From assembly GCF_009914755.1 (NCBI RefSeq), contig NC_060930.1: DNA of 64,000 nt, one strand, 5' to 3'. A model generated the notes under the pieces. That model saw only the letters and a list, made by a program, of their open reading frames with translations, did no database searches and was not told the origin of the DNA. Below, in pieces: positions 37,742-49,630 of the stretch; position 1 is the first letter of the stretch, and each line of letters opens with the position of its first letter. A program made the position numbers and the translations under genes. Source of the stretch: the human T2T-CHM13v2.0 reference genome, Homo sapiens.

Positions 37742-38940
37742 AAAAGAATGAAACTGGATCCTCATCTCTCACCCTATACAAATGTCAACTCAAGATGGAT
37801 GAAAAACTTTAAGATCTGAAACTATAAAAATTCTAAAAGATAACATTGGAAAAACTCCTCTAGACATTGGCTTATGCCAAGAGTTCATGACCAAGAACCC
37901 AAAAGCAAATACAACAAAAACAAAAATAAATAGATGGCACCTAATTAAACTAAAAAGCTTCTGCACAGAGAAAGAAATAATCAGCAGAGTAAACAGACAG
38001 CCCACAGAGTGGGAGAAAACATTTGCAAACTATGCATCTGATAAAAGACTAATGTCCAGACTCTACAAGGAACTCAAACAAATCAGCAAGAAAAACACAA
38101 ATAATCCCATCAAAAAGTGGGCAAAGGACATGAATAGACAATTCTCAAAAGAAGATATACAAATAGCCAAGAAACATATGAAAAAATGCTAAACATCTCT
38201 AATTATCAGGGAAATGCAAATCAATGAGATACCACCTTACTCCTGCAAGAATAGCCATAATTTAAAAATCAAAAACTAATAGATGTTGGCACGTAAATGG
38301 TAAAAAGCAAACACTTTTACACTGCTGGTGAGAATGTACACTAGTACAACCACTATGGAAAACAGTATAGAAATTCCTTAAAGAACTAAAAGTAGAACTA
38401 CCACTTCATCCAGAAGTCTCACTACTGGGTATCTACCCAGAAGAAAAGAAGTCATTATATGAAAAAGGCCTTGCACACATGTTTACAGCAGTACAATTCA
38501 CAATTGCAAAAATATGGAACCAGCCTAAATGCCCAGCAACCAATGAGTGGATAAATAAAATGTGGTATATATACACCATAGAATACTACTCAGATATAAA
38601 AAGGAACAAAATAATGGCATCTGCAGCAACCTGGATGGAGTTGAAGACCATTATTCTAAATGAAGTAACTCAGGTAAAAAAGACCAAATATCATATGTTC
38701 TCACTTATAATTGGGAGCTAAGCTATGAGGACACAAAGGCATAAGAATGATATAATGAACTTTGGCGAATTAGAGGGAAGGGTAGGAGAGGGGTGAGGGA
38801 TAAAATACTACACATTAGGTACCGTGTACACTGCTCAGGTGATGGGTGCACCAAAATATTGGAAATTACCACTAAAGGCCTTATCCATGTAACCAGAAAC
38901 CACTTGTTCCCCCAAAACAAAACAAAACAAAAATAAATAA

Positions 38941-39390
38941 ATAAGTGACACTGGTATTTTGATAGGGATTGCATTGAATCTGGAAATTGCCTCGGGCAGT
39001 ATGATCATTTTAATAATATTGATTCTTCCAATCTATGAGTGTGAAATGTTGGTTCATTTTTTTGTGTTATCTAAAATTTATTTTATCAGTGTTTTGTAGT
39101 GTTCCTTGTGTAGATCCTTCACCCCCTTGATTAAGTGTATGCCTAGGTATATATATTTTTTGTAGCTATTGTAAATGGGATTGACTTCCTGATTTGTTTC
39201 TCAGCTTGATTGTTATTGGTGCATAGAAATGCTACAGATTTTGTATGCTGAAACTTTACTGGATTCATTAATCAAATCTAGGAGCCTTGTGGAGGAGTCT
39301 TTAGGCTTTTCTAAGTATAAGATCATATCATCAGCAGAGAATTAACTTCTTTTTCAATTTGGATGCCTTTTATTTCTTTCTTTTGCCTGA
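38941..39390 (-). mobile_element. Older L1 ORF2 fragment, right part
   Basis: ggtattttgatagggattgcattgaatctg continues the 30740-31204 fragment. Confidence 0.88.
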
Positions 39391-39459
39391 CGTAATTAAA
39401 AGATGTTTTGTTCACAAATTTATTTAGGCATAATTAACACATTTATTCAAAATTTTGAG

Positions 39460-39860
39460 CTTTTGAGAAATAGCTTTATTGAGATGTAGCTGACATAAAA
39501 TAAACTGTACATAAACTATATGCTTCGATAAATTTTATCTCAAGACTATCCCTGTTATACCATTATTTACATCACGATAGGGAACAAAGTCTAAAAATTT
39601 CATCATCCTCCTTTGTAATCCCATGAAGTACTTATTTAGCAACCTCCCACAAATTCTAATATGTTTTATTTTTATTTTCATGCAGTTAAAATACTGTCTA
39701 ATTTCACCTTTGGAGAAACTTAGCTTGACTACTTTGTTTCCTATTTCTCAGGATCACTGTACATTGTTGCCTGATTCTAGTGTTCAGAAAAGTGTTGATT
39801 TATAGATCATGTCTAGTTTTTCAGATGGGAGGATAAGTCCAGTCTCTTTTACTGTATTGT
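39460..39860 (-). mobile_element. Ancient L1MC/ME 3' end fragments
   Basis: aatagctttattgagatgtagctgacataaaataaactgtacata motif. Confidence 0.55.
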
Positions 39861-41011
39861 GGGTAGAATCTTATGTAATTAAATTTAACAGTCTTTCCTC
39901 TTATGATACCTGGTAGTTGTGTTTTATTTAGCAAGGTCTCTAACACTCAGTTTTTGTTTTTTTTGTTTTTTTTTTTTAACCATCAAGTTTTCTTTTAGTA
40001 CTTTTTGGTTTGTCTTTCTGAAATTTATTTGGAGTAAAATATGAAGTGTAGAGCCAGGATCACTACTCTTCACTTTACAAATGCTGCAGGTTGGTGTACC
40101 TAGCCCCAGCTACCCCATTCAAACCACCTTCTTCCACGCCTGTGTAAGGTTGCACAAAGTACTTGAGATCTCAGCCTGAACTGTTGGAGGAAACACAGAT
40201 TCATAGCAGCAATTTTGTGAACATGAGGGAAAGGCCTACACCGTGTCAGAGACATTCACAATGCTATTTTAGGGTCACTGATCCAATACCAGCAAATTGC
40301 ACCCTCTCCAATCTCAGACTTTTGATATGGAAAAAAGAAAATATTAATATGTTGCTTAGAAGACTTTGAACGTTTATATAGGATGATATGAATATTTTTG
40401 GTAAATCATATATTTTAAGGCTTCTTTTCCAAATTATGACTTTTCAGCAAAAATATACCATGTGGATTAACAATAGTAAAATAAGAAATATACTAATAAC
40501 TGAAATGCTCTTTATACAATATATGTTTTTCATAGAATTAGGAACAGAGTATAGAAATAGTATTCTTACAGTAAAATATTTATTTTTAACATTTTATTGT
40601 AACTGTTCTGGGGCAGCTAAAATACTACAGTCATTTTGTTTTTATTATCCTAACATGTCGAACATGAGAGCTGTAAACATTTTAGTTACGGAATGAGAGC
40701 ATTTTCCTCCCAATTTTTAATTCAATGATGATTTCACAAAAGTTAAACTTGACAGCAAAATTAATATCATCAAACACTATAAGTAAATACTTGAGAACTA
40801 TTTACTTTTAAAAGTCTCTCTTCATTAATAAAACTTCACTCATTATTTTTCTGATACATAAAGAAATCTCATGTCTTGAAGGTAGAAGACACTGGACTGA
40901 CTCCCAGAAAAAAGGCTGAATGTTAAACGTCCTCAGCTTGGTTAAAACACTCAGAGCAAGAGAAGGTGGCAGGGCTGAAGGGTTGTGGGATGAATAGTGG
41001 GGAGATCAGGT

Positions 41012-41057
41012 CACTTTAAACAGCAAACACCGCAATTACTTTTGCACCAACCTAATA
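41012..41057. mobile_element. Solo Hsmar1/MADE1 terminal inverted repeat
   Basis: ccgcaattacttttgcaccaacctaa followed by TA; the partner TIR is absent. Confidence 0.9.
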
Positions 41058-42510
41058 GCTCATTACTGGCACATTGCATCAACATTTTGTCAGGTGTTTG
41101 TGGTATTAGGTGCTTATTTTCACTTAAGAATTCAGAGTGATCTTTCCGCAAAACAGTACAGTAGTCAAAAGTGTGTGTGAGAGAGATTTTAGCAACAATT
41201 ATGTGTCATGATTGCATTTGGAATTGAAAAGACAGTGTAGCTGTAAAATCCCGGACTTTTATAGAATGAATTTTGCAAGTCTCTAGTTTATTAGGTCAGC
41301 TTCTTGTATCTCCACAGCAGTAAAGCTTTCAGTCGGGTAAAATGTTCCAGATATCATTGCCCTCGTATTTTACAGTTCATCTTAAAGTGCTTTTATCTGC
41401 CAGTAAAAATTTGCCTTATAAAAACCAAATTGGATTCATCAAATAAGAAGTGGGCCTGCCCCATTGCGTTCGTGTCATAGTCATAGTGATAAGATATTTT
41501 TAATGTAATAAAGTTATCTTTTTACAGATTTGTCGGTAGTAAAGCGATTATAGTCGGATGCTTGGACAGTGAAACTATCTTCACCAATTAAATAAAGCAG
41601 ATTCCAATTTACTGAGGGCAATGAGAAGAGGATTTTCTTTTTCTTTCCTCATTGTCTTCTTTAAAGAAGACAAATGTTAACATTTGGCTAGCACTTTCCT
41701 TTCGCCTCTAATATCTTATACTTTCCATGGGATTTACATGTTAGTGGTAATTTCCTCTCTTGGCCCAGGAGGAAGTTTGGTAATAGTTTTATCCCTATTC
41801 AAACAAACACAAAGTGTGACAGCTTGTCACAAACTATTAATTGTTTTTAGCCCCTGCAGCAGAAAGAGAGGGAGGTGGGCTCCAGTTTTAAGTTTAAATG
41901 CAGAATAAGCACATGCGTAGGCTCAGGATTACCAGTAGTATAGAGAACACATTAGCTATTGATAGAAACCTCCCTCCTTTGCTTTACTGTCCTCAGAACT
42001 TCTTTTAGGATCTTTATTCTGTGCCCAGCTCAGTTCTGCTCACAGAACTCTGACCTCGGCTAAACTTCTCTTCGGTAATGAAGAATAAACTATTTGGACT
42101 CCGTGTCTGGAAATGCTGGTATCTTCTTCCTATACAAATTATTAATACCATATTACAACTATCAGTAAATATGTGTGGTTGAAATAGAGATACTGGGGAA
42201 CCAAAGCAAACTCCTTAGAAAGGTTGCCACAGCCTGAAGCTGAAAGACTGACCTCACACTTCCCATTTTGTTTTGTTTTGAGTCTCTATTTACTTTGTTT
42301 TCCACATGCTTTAGGTTGATCATTGTTTACTCAGTAATGCAGAAGAGATAGAGTGATAGGAAGAAATTACCATGGCAAATCATGATGGACTGATGACAGC
42401 TAGTGACCGAATGTTATTTGAAACAAGCCGCAAAGTTGGCAGGGTAAAAATTTATATAAGAAAATGCAAAATTTGTGTAATTCATCCCTGAGTTGTGAGA
42501 ATTTGGCTTA

Positions 42511-42751
<241 letters not shown>

Positions 42752-42908
42752 AAATGAGAAAGGCTTCTTCTTGATGAATGAAAACAGAGATCTTACAGCC
42801 ACAAAAGAGAAGATTGATGGGTCAAACTTTTCTTAGCTATGATTGAAGTAAACTTTGACAACTAATCACTTTTTATTTTATTTAAGAATTCCCAGCCACC
42901 AGTAAAAG

Positions 42909-43610
42909 TAAGAGGTGAAGCCAGCTGGGCTTCTGGCATGGGTTGGGACTTGGAGAACTTTTGTGTCTAGCTAAAGGATTATAAATGCACCAATCATTAC
43001 TCTGTGTCTAGCTAAAGGATTGTAAAGGCAACAATCAGCACTCTGTAAAATGGACCAATCGGCACTCTGTAAAATAGACCAATCAGCAGGATGAGGGCAA
43101 GGCCAAATAAGGGAATACAGGCTGCCCTCAGCGGTTACCAACTGGGGTCCCCTTCCATGCTGTGGAAGTTTTGTTCTTTCACTCTTCACAATAAATCTTG
43201 CTGCTGCTTACTCTTTGGGTCTGCTGCTCACTCTGGGTCTGCACTACCTTTATGAGCTGTAATACTCAGGGTGAGAGTCTGTGGCTTCATTCCTGAAGTC
43301 AGCGAGACCACGAACCCACTGGGACAAACAAACAACTCCAGACACGAGACCATGAACCCACCAGAAGGAAAAAATAACTCTGGACACACCACTGTTAAGA
43401 GCTGTAACACTCGCTGTGAAGGTCTGCGGCTTCATTCCTGAAGTCAGCGAGACCAGGGACCGACTGGTCCGGACACATCTGAACATCTGAAGGAACAAAC
43501 TCTAGATGCACCATCTTTAAGAGCTGTAACACTCACCAAGAGGGTCCATGGCTTCCTTCTTGAAGTCAGCAAGACCAAGAAGCCACCAGCAGGAATTAAT
43601 TCCAGACACA
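42909..43610 (+). mobile_element. LTR12 (ERV9) solo LTR
   Basis: agaggtgaagccagctggg start; repeated tgtctagctaaagg and CCAATC units; AATAAA; U5 repeats cttcattcctgaagtcagcgagacca; ends ccagacaca; 4-bp TSD aaag. Confidence 0.95.
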
Positions 43611-43865
43611 AAAGTACAAACCTGACTTATAAGGCATATAATAAAAAATATAATACTATGAACTAATTTAGTACAAATAATGAAACATAATATAGAAGGT
43701 AAGCACTTTAAATCTACGTTATCAGGTTGGGTCTTAAAAAGAGGGAGAAGGGACATCAAGCATTTAGAAATCAATAGGAATTCCCCTTTTCTACTCATCC
43801 CCAATACAAACTCTCTGCTTCACTCAGGCTGTAGAACATGTTCTTTCCAAACCATAGGTAGATTT

Positions 43866-43935
43866 TGCCATGCAAATGTGCCATGCAAAAGTGCATTGCC
43901 ATGCAAATGTGCATGGCCATGCACAATGTGCATTG
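43866..43935. repeat. Short minisatellite built on gccATGCAAAT
   Basis: Four 13-18 bp units read directly. Confidence 0.85.
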
Positions 43936-44194
43936 TGTCCTCAAAATTGGATGCTTGTGTTCTTTTTTTCTGTGATTTGGTGGTTTAATTCTTCTGAGAA
44001 ACCTCAATATCTACTAACAAACTTTTACTTTTGAGTTATTTTATTTAATCTGTGTTTCTGACCACAGAAATTAAAAATGTTAAGCAATATATGGCTAAAT
44101 ATATAAAAAACAGCAAAAATGGCAAAATTAATGTCAAATTTGAATTAAAAGCATAAAGCATCCAGGACAAGTAGTGAAGACATAAAACTTGTGA

Positions 44195-44325
44195 AATAAT
44201 GTATATATAATATAGATTATAATATAATATACAATATACAATACACAATATACAACAATATACAATACACAATATACAATATACAATATACAATATAATA
44301 TATAATATACAATATACATTATATT
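44195..44325. repeat. AT-rich (ACAATAT)n-like low-complexity repeat
   Basis: Read directly from the sequence. Confidence 0.9.
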
Positions 44326-44369
44326 TAAATATAGTTAAAAATATAAGACAACTATAGTATTATAAGGAA

Positions 44370-45360
44370 AAATAGAAAGAAATAAATTGACTTCAGAAAT
44401 CTGAAAACATCACTGTTTTTGAGACAGCCCAAGGAAACAGAAATGGATATATAGTATTAAAATGGAGAATCTGAATAACACTAAAGAGGCTTGTTAAAGA
44501 GATATGCAGATAGCTTTATACCCAAGATCAAAAAGAGTATATGAAGTGCTCATGAATCTTCAAAAATTTACCCTTTAAAAACTTACAAGAAAAATTAGAA
44601 ATTATAGCAACCATATTCTCTAATTTTAAATCTAGACATAAGTAACAAGGGTGTAAAGGGAAAATGTTTCTAAACTTAGAGATTTTTTAAAAAGAAATAA
44701 AAAGGAATCTTAGTTTTCAAAAAAGATAATATTACAACTTCTAATTATTTAAGTAATAAAAAGCAAGTGAACCCCTTTTGGAATAGTAGTAAAGTTATGA
44801 TCTAAAAGTTTTTATATTAAAAGTAAAAGTGAAAATAGGGTGGTAATATGTGAGCTAAGCATTTAACTTAAATAATTAGACAAAAGTAATAAACCAAACA
44901 TAAGAACAATAAATAGAGGAAAATAAGAAGCAGTAAATAGTTATTTAGACTGAACAATGAAAAATAATTTTGCTTTAGAAAATGATACAAGCAAAAAAGC
45001 CTAGCAGGCCCATAGAAGAGCAGAAATTTAAAACAATAATATACAAATAGATACAGATGTTAAAAATAAAAGTATATAATTCCAGAAAACTATAAAAATT
45101 CTAAATTTAATCAGAATAAAGTATAATGCCAGAATAGACTATTAAGCAGATGACTAAAATAGTGTTCAAAATATCACTAATAAAGTGATTCAGAGAAGAG
45201 GTGGTTTTAATAGATAAATTTCTTCAAAGTATAAAGAACAAAATTTCTATATCATACAAAATGTTCCAGAACTTAAAAAAGATGGGAAAACAGCTTCTTT
45301 TTACAATTTTATAAAGCTAGCATAACATTCATGATCCAACAAAGATAAATCTTCATATTC
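44370..45360 (+). mobile_element. Very degenerate L1M ORF2 remnant
   Basis: A-rich; ccagaatagactatta...ggttttaatagataaatttcttcaaa...aaatgttccagaac resembles L1 ORF2. Confidence 0.5.
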
Positions 45361-45619
45361 CTTATGGTAGTTATTATGTAACTTTTTTTTTTACTGCTTT
45401 TTGTTTTAGAAGCACAGAGATAAATTTAAAGCTTTAAGATATATATGGTTGCAGATTTGTAATAAACTTTTCTTGGTCCTGTTTTTCTCTAGACCTCATT
45501 TTACATTTTACTGTATAATTTATTTTATGCATTCTTGTATAATTATAATTTTGTATGTATTCTTGCTATAAGTCTTTTCAAATCTTTTCATAATGAAAAT
45601 TGGACAAAATTAATTACTT

Positions 45620-47315
45620 TCTTCAAAAAACCATTTTATGTAAGACAAATTTTAAGCCCACAGAAAAACACTGGAATAGTAATGTAAACTTCCTATGTTT
45701 TTGATCTATATTCACTGATTGTTAACATGTAGCCACATTTTCAGTCTCTTTCACTCTCATAGGAAAATAGGATGCATATCAAGAATAAGAACTTTTCTAC
45801 CATTCTACAAAATTCTGTCATGCCCTTTTTCAATGAACTGATATCTCTGAGAAGTATGATCTGATTTGTATCACCACTGGTTAATTTTACTTATTCTGGA
45901 ATTTCACTGAGCCAAACAGTGTCCACCTTTTTTGTTTCTAGCTTATTTCATTCAGCAAAATATTTTTGAGATTCATCTATATTGTTGCATATATAAATTG
46001 TTTGTTTCTCTTTATTGCTGAGTAGAACACTATTTTGTAAAATAACACAGCTTATTTATTCTTTGATGGACCTCTAGGATGTTTACAGTTTGGGGCCAAT
46101 ATGAATAAAGCTATTATGAATTCAACAAGATTCTTTTTATATGGATATCATTTATTTAAGAGATCTTTATTTACCTCAATGAATTACTTTGACATCATTG
46201 TTAAAGTTATTTGACCATATATGTGTAAGTCTAATTTTCACTCTATTTTGTTCCATTGGCCTATTTGTTCATCCTTTGCCACACTTACTTGACTATTGTA
46301 GGTTTATAGCAAATCTGGAGTCAGGTAGAGTAAGTTTTTCAATTTTGTTCTTCTTGTTCTAGGTTATTTAGGCTATTCTAGTTCCTTTGTTTTTTTAAAA
46401 TAAATTTTTAAATTAGCTTTTAAATTTCTAGAAATAATCTTGCTAATATTTTTATTGAACCTGTACTGAACATATGGATCAATTTGTGGAAAATTAATTC
46501 CTTAACAGTATTGAGTCTTCCAACCCATAAACACAGTGTATCTCTCATTTAGTCCTTTTTAAGTGAACTATAAAATGTTTCATAGTTTTAATGTAGCTAT
46601 CTTATGTATATATATATCTTTTATTATATTTTTGCATAACTGTTTAATGTTTTGAATGCTATTGTAGATGGCATTTTTAAATTTCAAGTTCAAATTTTTC
46701 ATTGCTAGCATACATAAATACAACCGATATTTATATTCTTTGTATCCTGTGTCATTGCTATATTTAGTTATTAGCTTTAGTACTTTTCTCATAGATGTCC
46801 TTAGAACTTTCTAAATAACATTATCATGTTATCTGCATGTCAAAGATAAAGACAGTCTTAGTACTTCTTTTCCAATCTGCATGTCTGTTCCTATCTTTTC
46901 TTGTCCCATTGCACCAGCACTAGCTCTAGCACAATGTTAAATAGAAGTGATGAAAGTATACAACCTTGTTTTGTTCCTGATCTTAAAAAGAAAGCGTTTA
47001 ATATTTCACTGTTAAGTATTACATTAGCTCTAAGTTTTTCATGGATGCTCAAATAGCTTGAGGAAGTTTTATTTCTTGTTTGTGGAGTTTTTAATATAAA
47101 TGGGTAGTTATCAAAAACACCTATTTGTATTATTATATGACCTTTCTTCCTCAATCTGCTAAAGTGATTAACTATATTGGCTGATTTGCATATGGTAAAC
47201 TAATCTTGCATTTGTAGAATAAACCCCATTTAGTAAAACGTTTATCATTTTTTGTATATTGATGAATTTAATTTGCTATTTTTAAGGATTTAGGCATCTA
47301 CAATTTTAGGGATAT
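45620..47315 (-). mobile_element. Old L1MC/ME LINE-1 (3' UTR plus ORF2 RT remnant)
   Basis: ORF 46891-47154 contains [20 protein letters not shown]; 3' UTR motif tttttgagattcatctatattgttgcat. Confidence 0.8.
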
Positions 47316-48369
47316 TAAAAGGATGACTTAACAAACTAACAAGAGATTCAAGATCATGAGAATAAAAATATGGTAGCAATGTGAGTGCATACTTCTTGTT
47401 TAGTCATCCTACATAATACCTCCTCTAGGCTTATTTATTGACCCTTAGTGAACAGAATCTGAAGTAGAGATTGGGAATATTCAGTGGTATCAGAAATCAC
47501 AATATAACAACTTTAGAGTTTTGCATGTTTTTTTCATGAAAACAAACAAAAAAATTTTAAAGTGTAATTTTTGAAAGCATAAAATTTGCTTTATAGAGGA
47601 TTTTATAATCCTGTTGCAAATTTTCTTTTTCATATTGACACTTGAGATTTTTTCTATGTAGCTGTGTAAATTTATACCAAAATTGTAAATTTTCTTTGAA
47701 ACTATTCTTGTATTCCTTTCATGGAAAAATAGGTAATATGATGTAGAAATTATGTGATTTTGTGGAGCATCGAAAAGAGCTGCAGCAAAACAACTTGAAT
47801 GCAATGTTATTTTACACATAACTAATCATTTTTACTTAAAACCCATTGTGGATTTGTGCCTAGGACCATCTTTCATTCAGTGCATGAAAGAGTGATAAAA
47901 AAAAATGTTCAGTAAAACTAGAGAAACCATCAGACAGAGCTGTGGTTTTTAAAAAGTCCTCAAAAAAAAGACCATAAAATAGAGAAAAATGGTACTTCAT
48001 CATTTGTAAGCCTTCATCCAGTGATGAAAGCATTTTACAGTGTTCCAAAACTCATGCAATAATAATTCAGTGGTACTGACTACTGTCTCAATCATGACAA
48101 GGAAATACAAGGAAAGTTTGACTAAAATTATAATTATAGTACATGCTAACTATAGCTTTTGAGAAGCCATTTCACCTTTCTGAACCTCTTTCCTATTCTC
48201 TAAGATAAGAGGCTTAGAAAATACTATTTGCAAGATCTTTTCTGGACATCAGATGTACCACAACACTTTATAATAACTAATAATCATTGTGAGGACTCTG
48301 AAGCATTATAAAGTCCTGAAATGTGCTTGAGTCATCAAAGAGGTTATGGTAAAATTTTTTATTTTGAAC

Positions 48370-48900
48370 ATTTACTGTTTTTGCCCACTCAGCATCTATT
48401 CTATCTCTTGGGAACAGCACTTAAATATTTCTTTGATAGTCATCTTACCTCACATAGTTCATTGCTTCAGGTTGATACCAAGGGCTCAAGCTTATAATAA
48501 TTGGTATAATTCAATTTCTCTGATTTCAGTGGTTCACTGGGTATCTAACTGATATCCAATTAATTCAATTAGACTGAACCCCAGATCTCTTATTTAGAAA
48601 TTAGAGAACAATTAACTTCTGTGCTTATCATGAATGAGAAAGCATGATAATCTGAGAGCTATTGGTAGCCTTCTCCAGACTATGAAGGGGAAGTTTGTTG
48701 ATGGTGGAGCCAACACTGAGATAACACTGAAAAACAAAGAACCAGAATTTAGGTCACAGTCACTTTGTTTGAACTTCTAAATCAAGCCTTGCCATAAGAC
48801 ACCAGAACCTTTGGATTTTTTAGTTACTTAAATCCTTTATTTGCTAAGCCAGTTTGCTTTGGGCATTTGTTACTTACAATAAAAAAGATCCTGCTGATAT
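48370..48900 (+). mobile_element. Old MaLR LTR (MLT1J/K-like)
   Basis: ggagccaacactgag...aagccagtttgctttggg...ttgttacttacaa terminus. Confidence 0.55.
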
Positions 48901-49049
48901 TAATTAGGAAAATGCTTTGATTTAAGATACAGCTACACAAGCTTCAAGGAGCATGTGTCTCCCGATATGTGTATTTGTCCCAATATCAGAACATTGCCCC
49001 TTTAGTGGTGAGTTCTGTTTCTTTTCAGTGAATTTTCCCACTCTGCTTC

Positions 49050-49630
49050 TTTATGAAACAGATTGATTTTTGGGAAGAATAGCTTCCACGTTTTCCACCT
49101 CACTTCTGGGACCAGTTTTCACTTTCTCTAAGGAAACTCCCTAGCTCTCTCTAAGTGGCTCTAATAATGCCTGTAATGACAGTGTCCAAGACTTTTGTGT
49201 TAACTCAGGCCAATCAAAGAATCCAACATTCTTGGCAAGGTGACTAGTACAAGACTGGACATAGGACTCTATAGAGGAATTAGAATTTTTCTTGATATCA
49301 ATCTATGACATTTGTAAAGAGAAAGGTTTTTTTCTACTTGAGGTTCTAGTCTGGGAGGATTTGAGTTTAGGGATCCAGCGGCCATGTTCCCAGTCACTTG
49401 AAAGAAAATATATATGCAAAAGGAAAGAATAAAGCCAGCCCAGAAAAAAAAGAAAGCAGGAATGAGGGAGACGGAGGGCCCTGAAGATAGCATTCAAGAC
49501 CCATATTCTCCACATGCCTGAAGCCAGCTTCATCCTTGAACTTCTCTGTTCTTCAGTTTGTTACATTCCCTTTTGAGGTTAATCTAATATAAATAGGGTT
49601 TTTGCATTTCTCAAGTCCTGACTAATAATA
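49050..49630 (+). mobile_element. Old LTR (MLT1/LTR16-like)
   Basis: caggccaatcaaag...tgcctgaagccagc...tcctgactaata terminus. Confidence 0.5.

Noticed and set aside
42960-43600. CRISPR-like repeat array
   Set aside because: These are the normal U3/U5 tandem repeats of LTR12 in a eukaryotic context.
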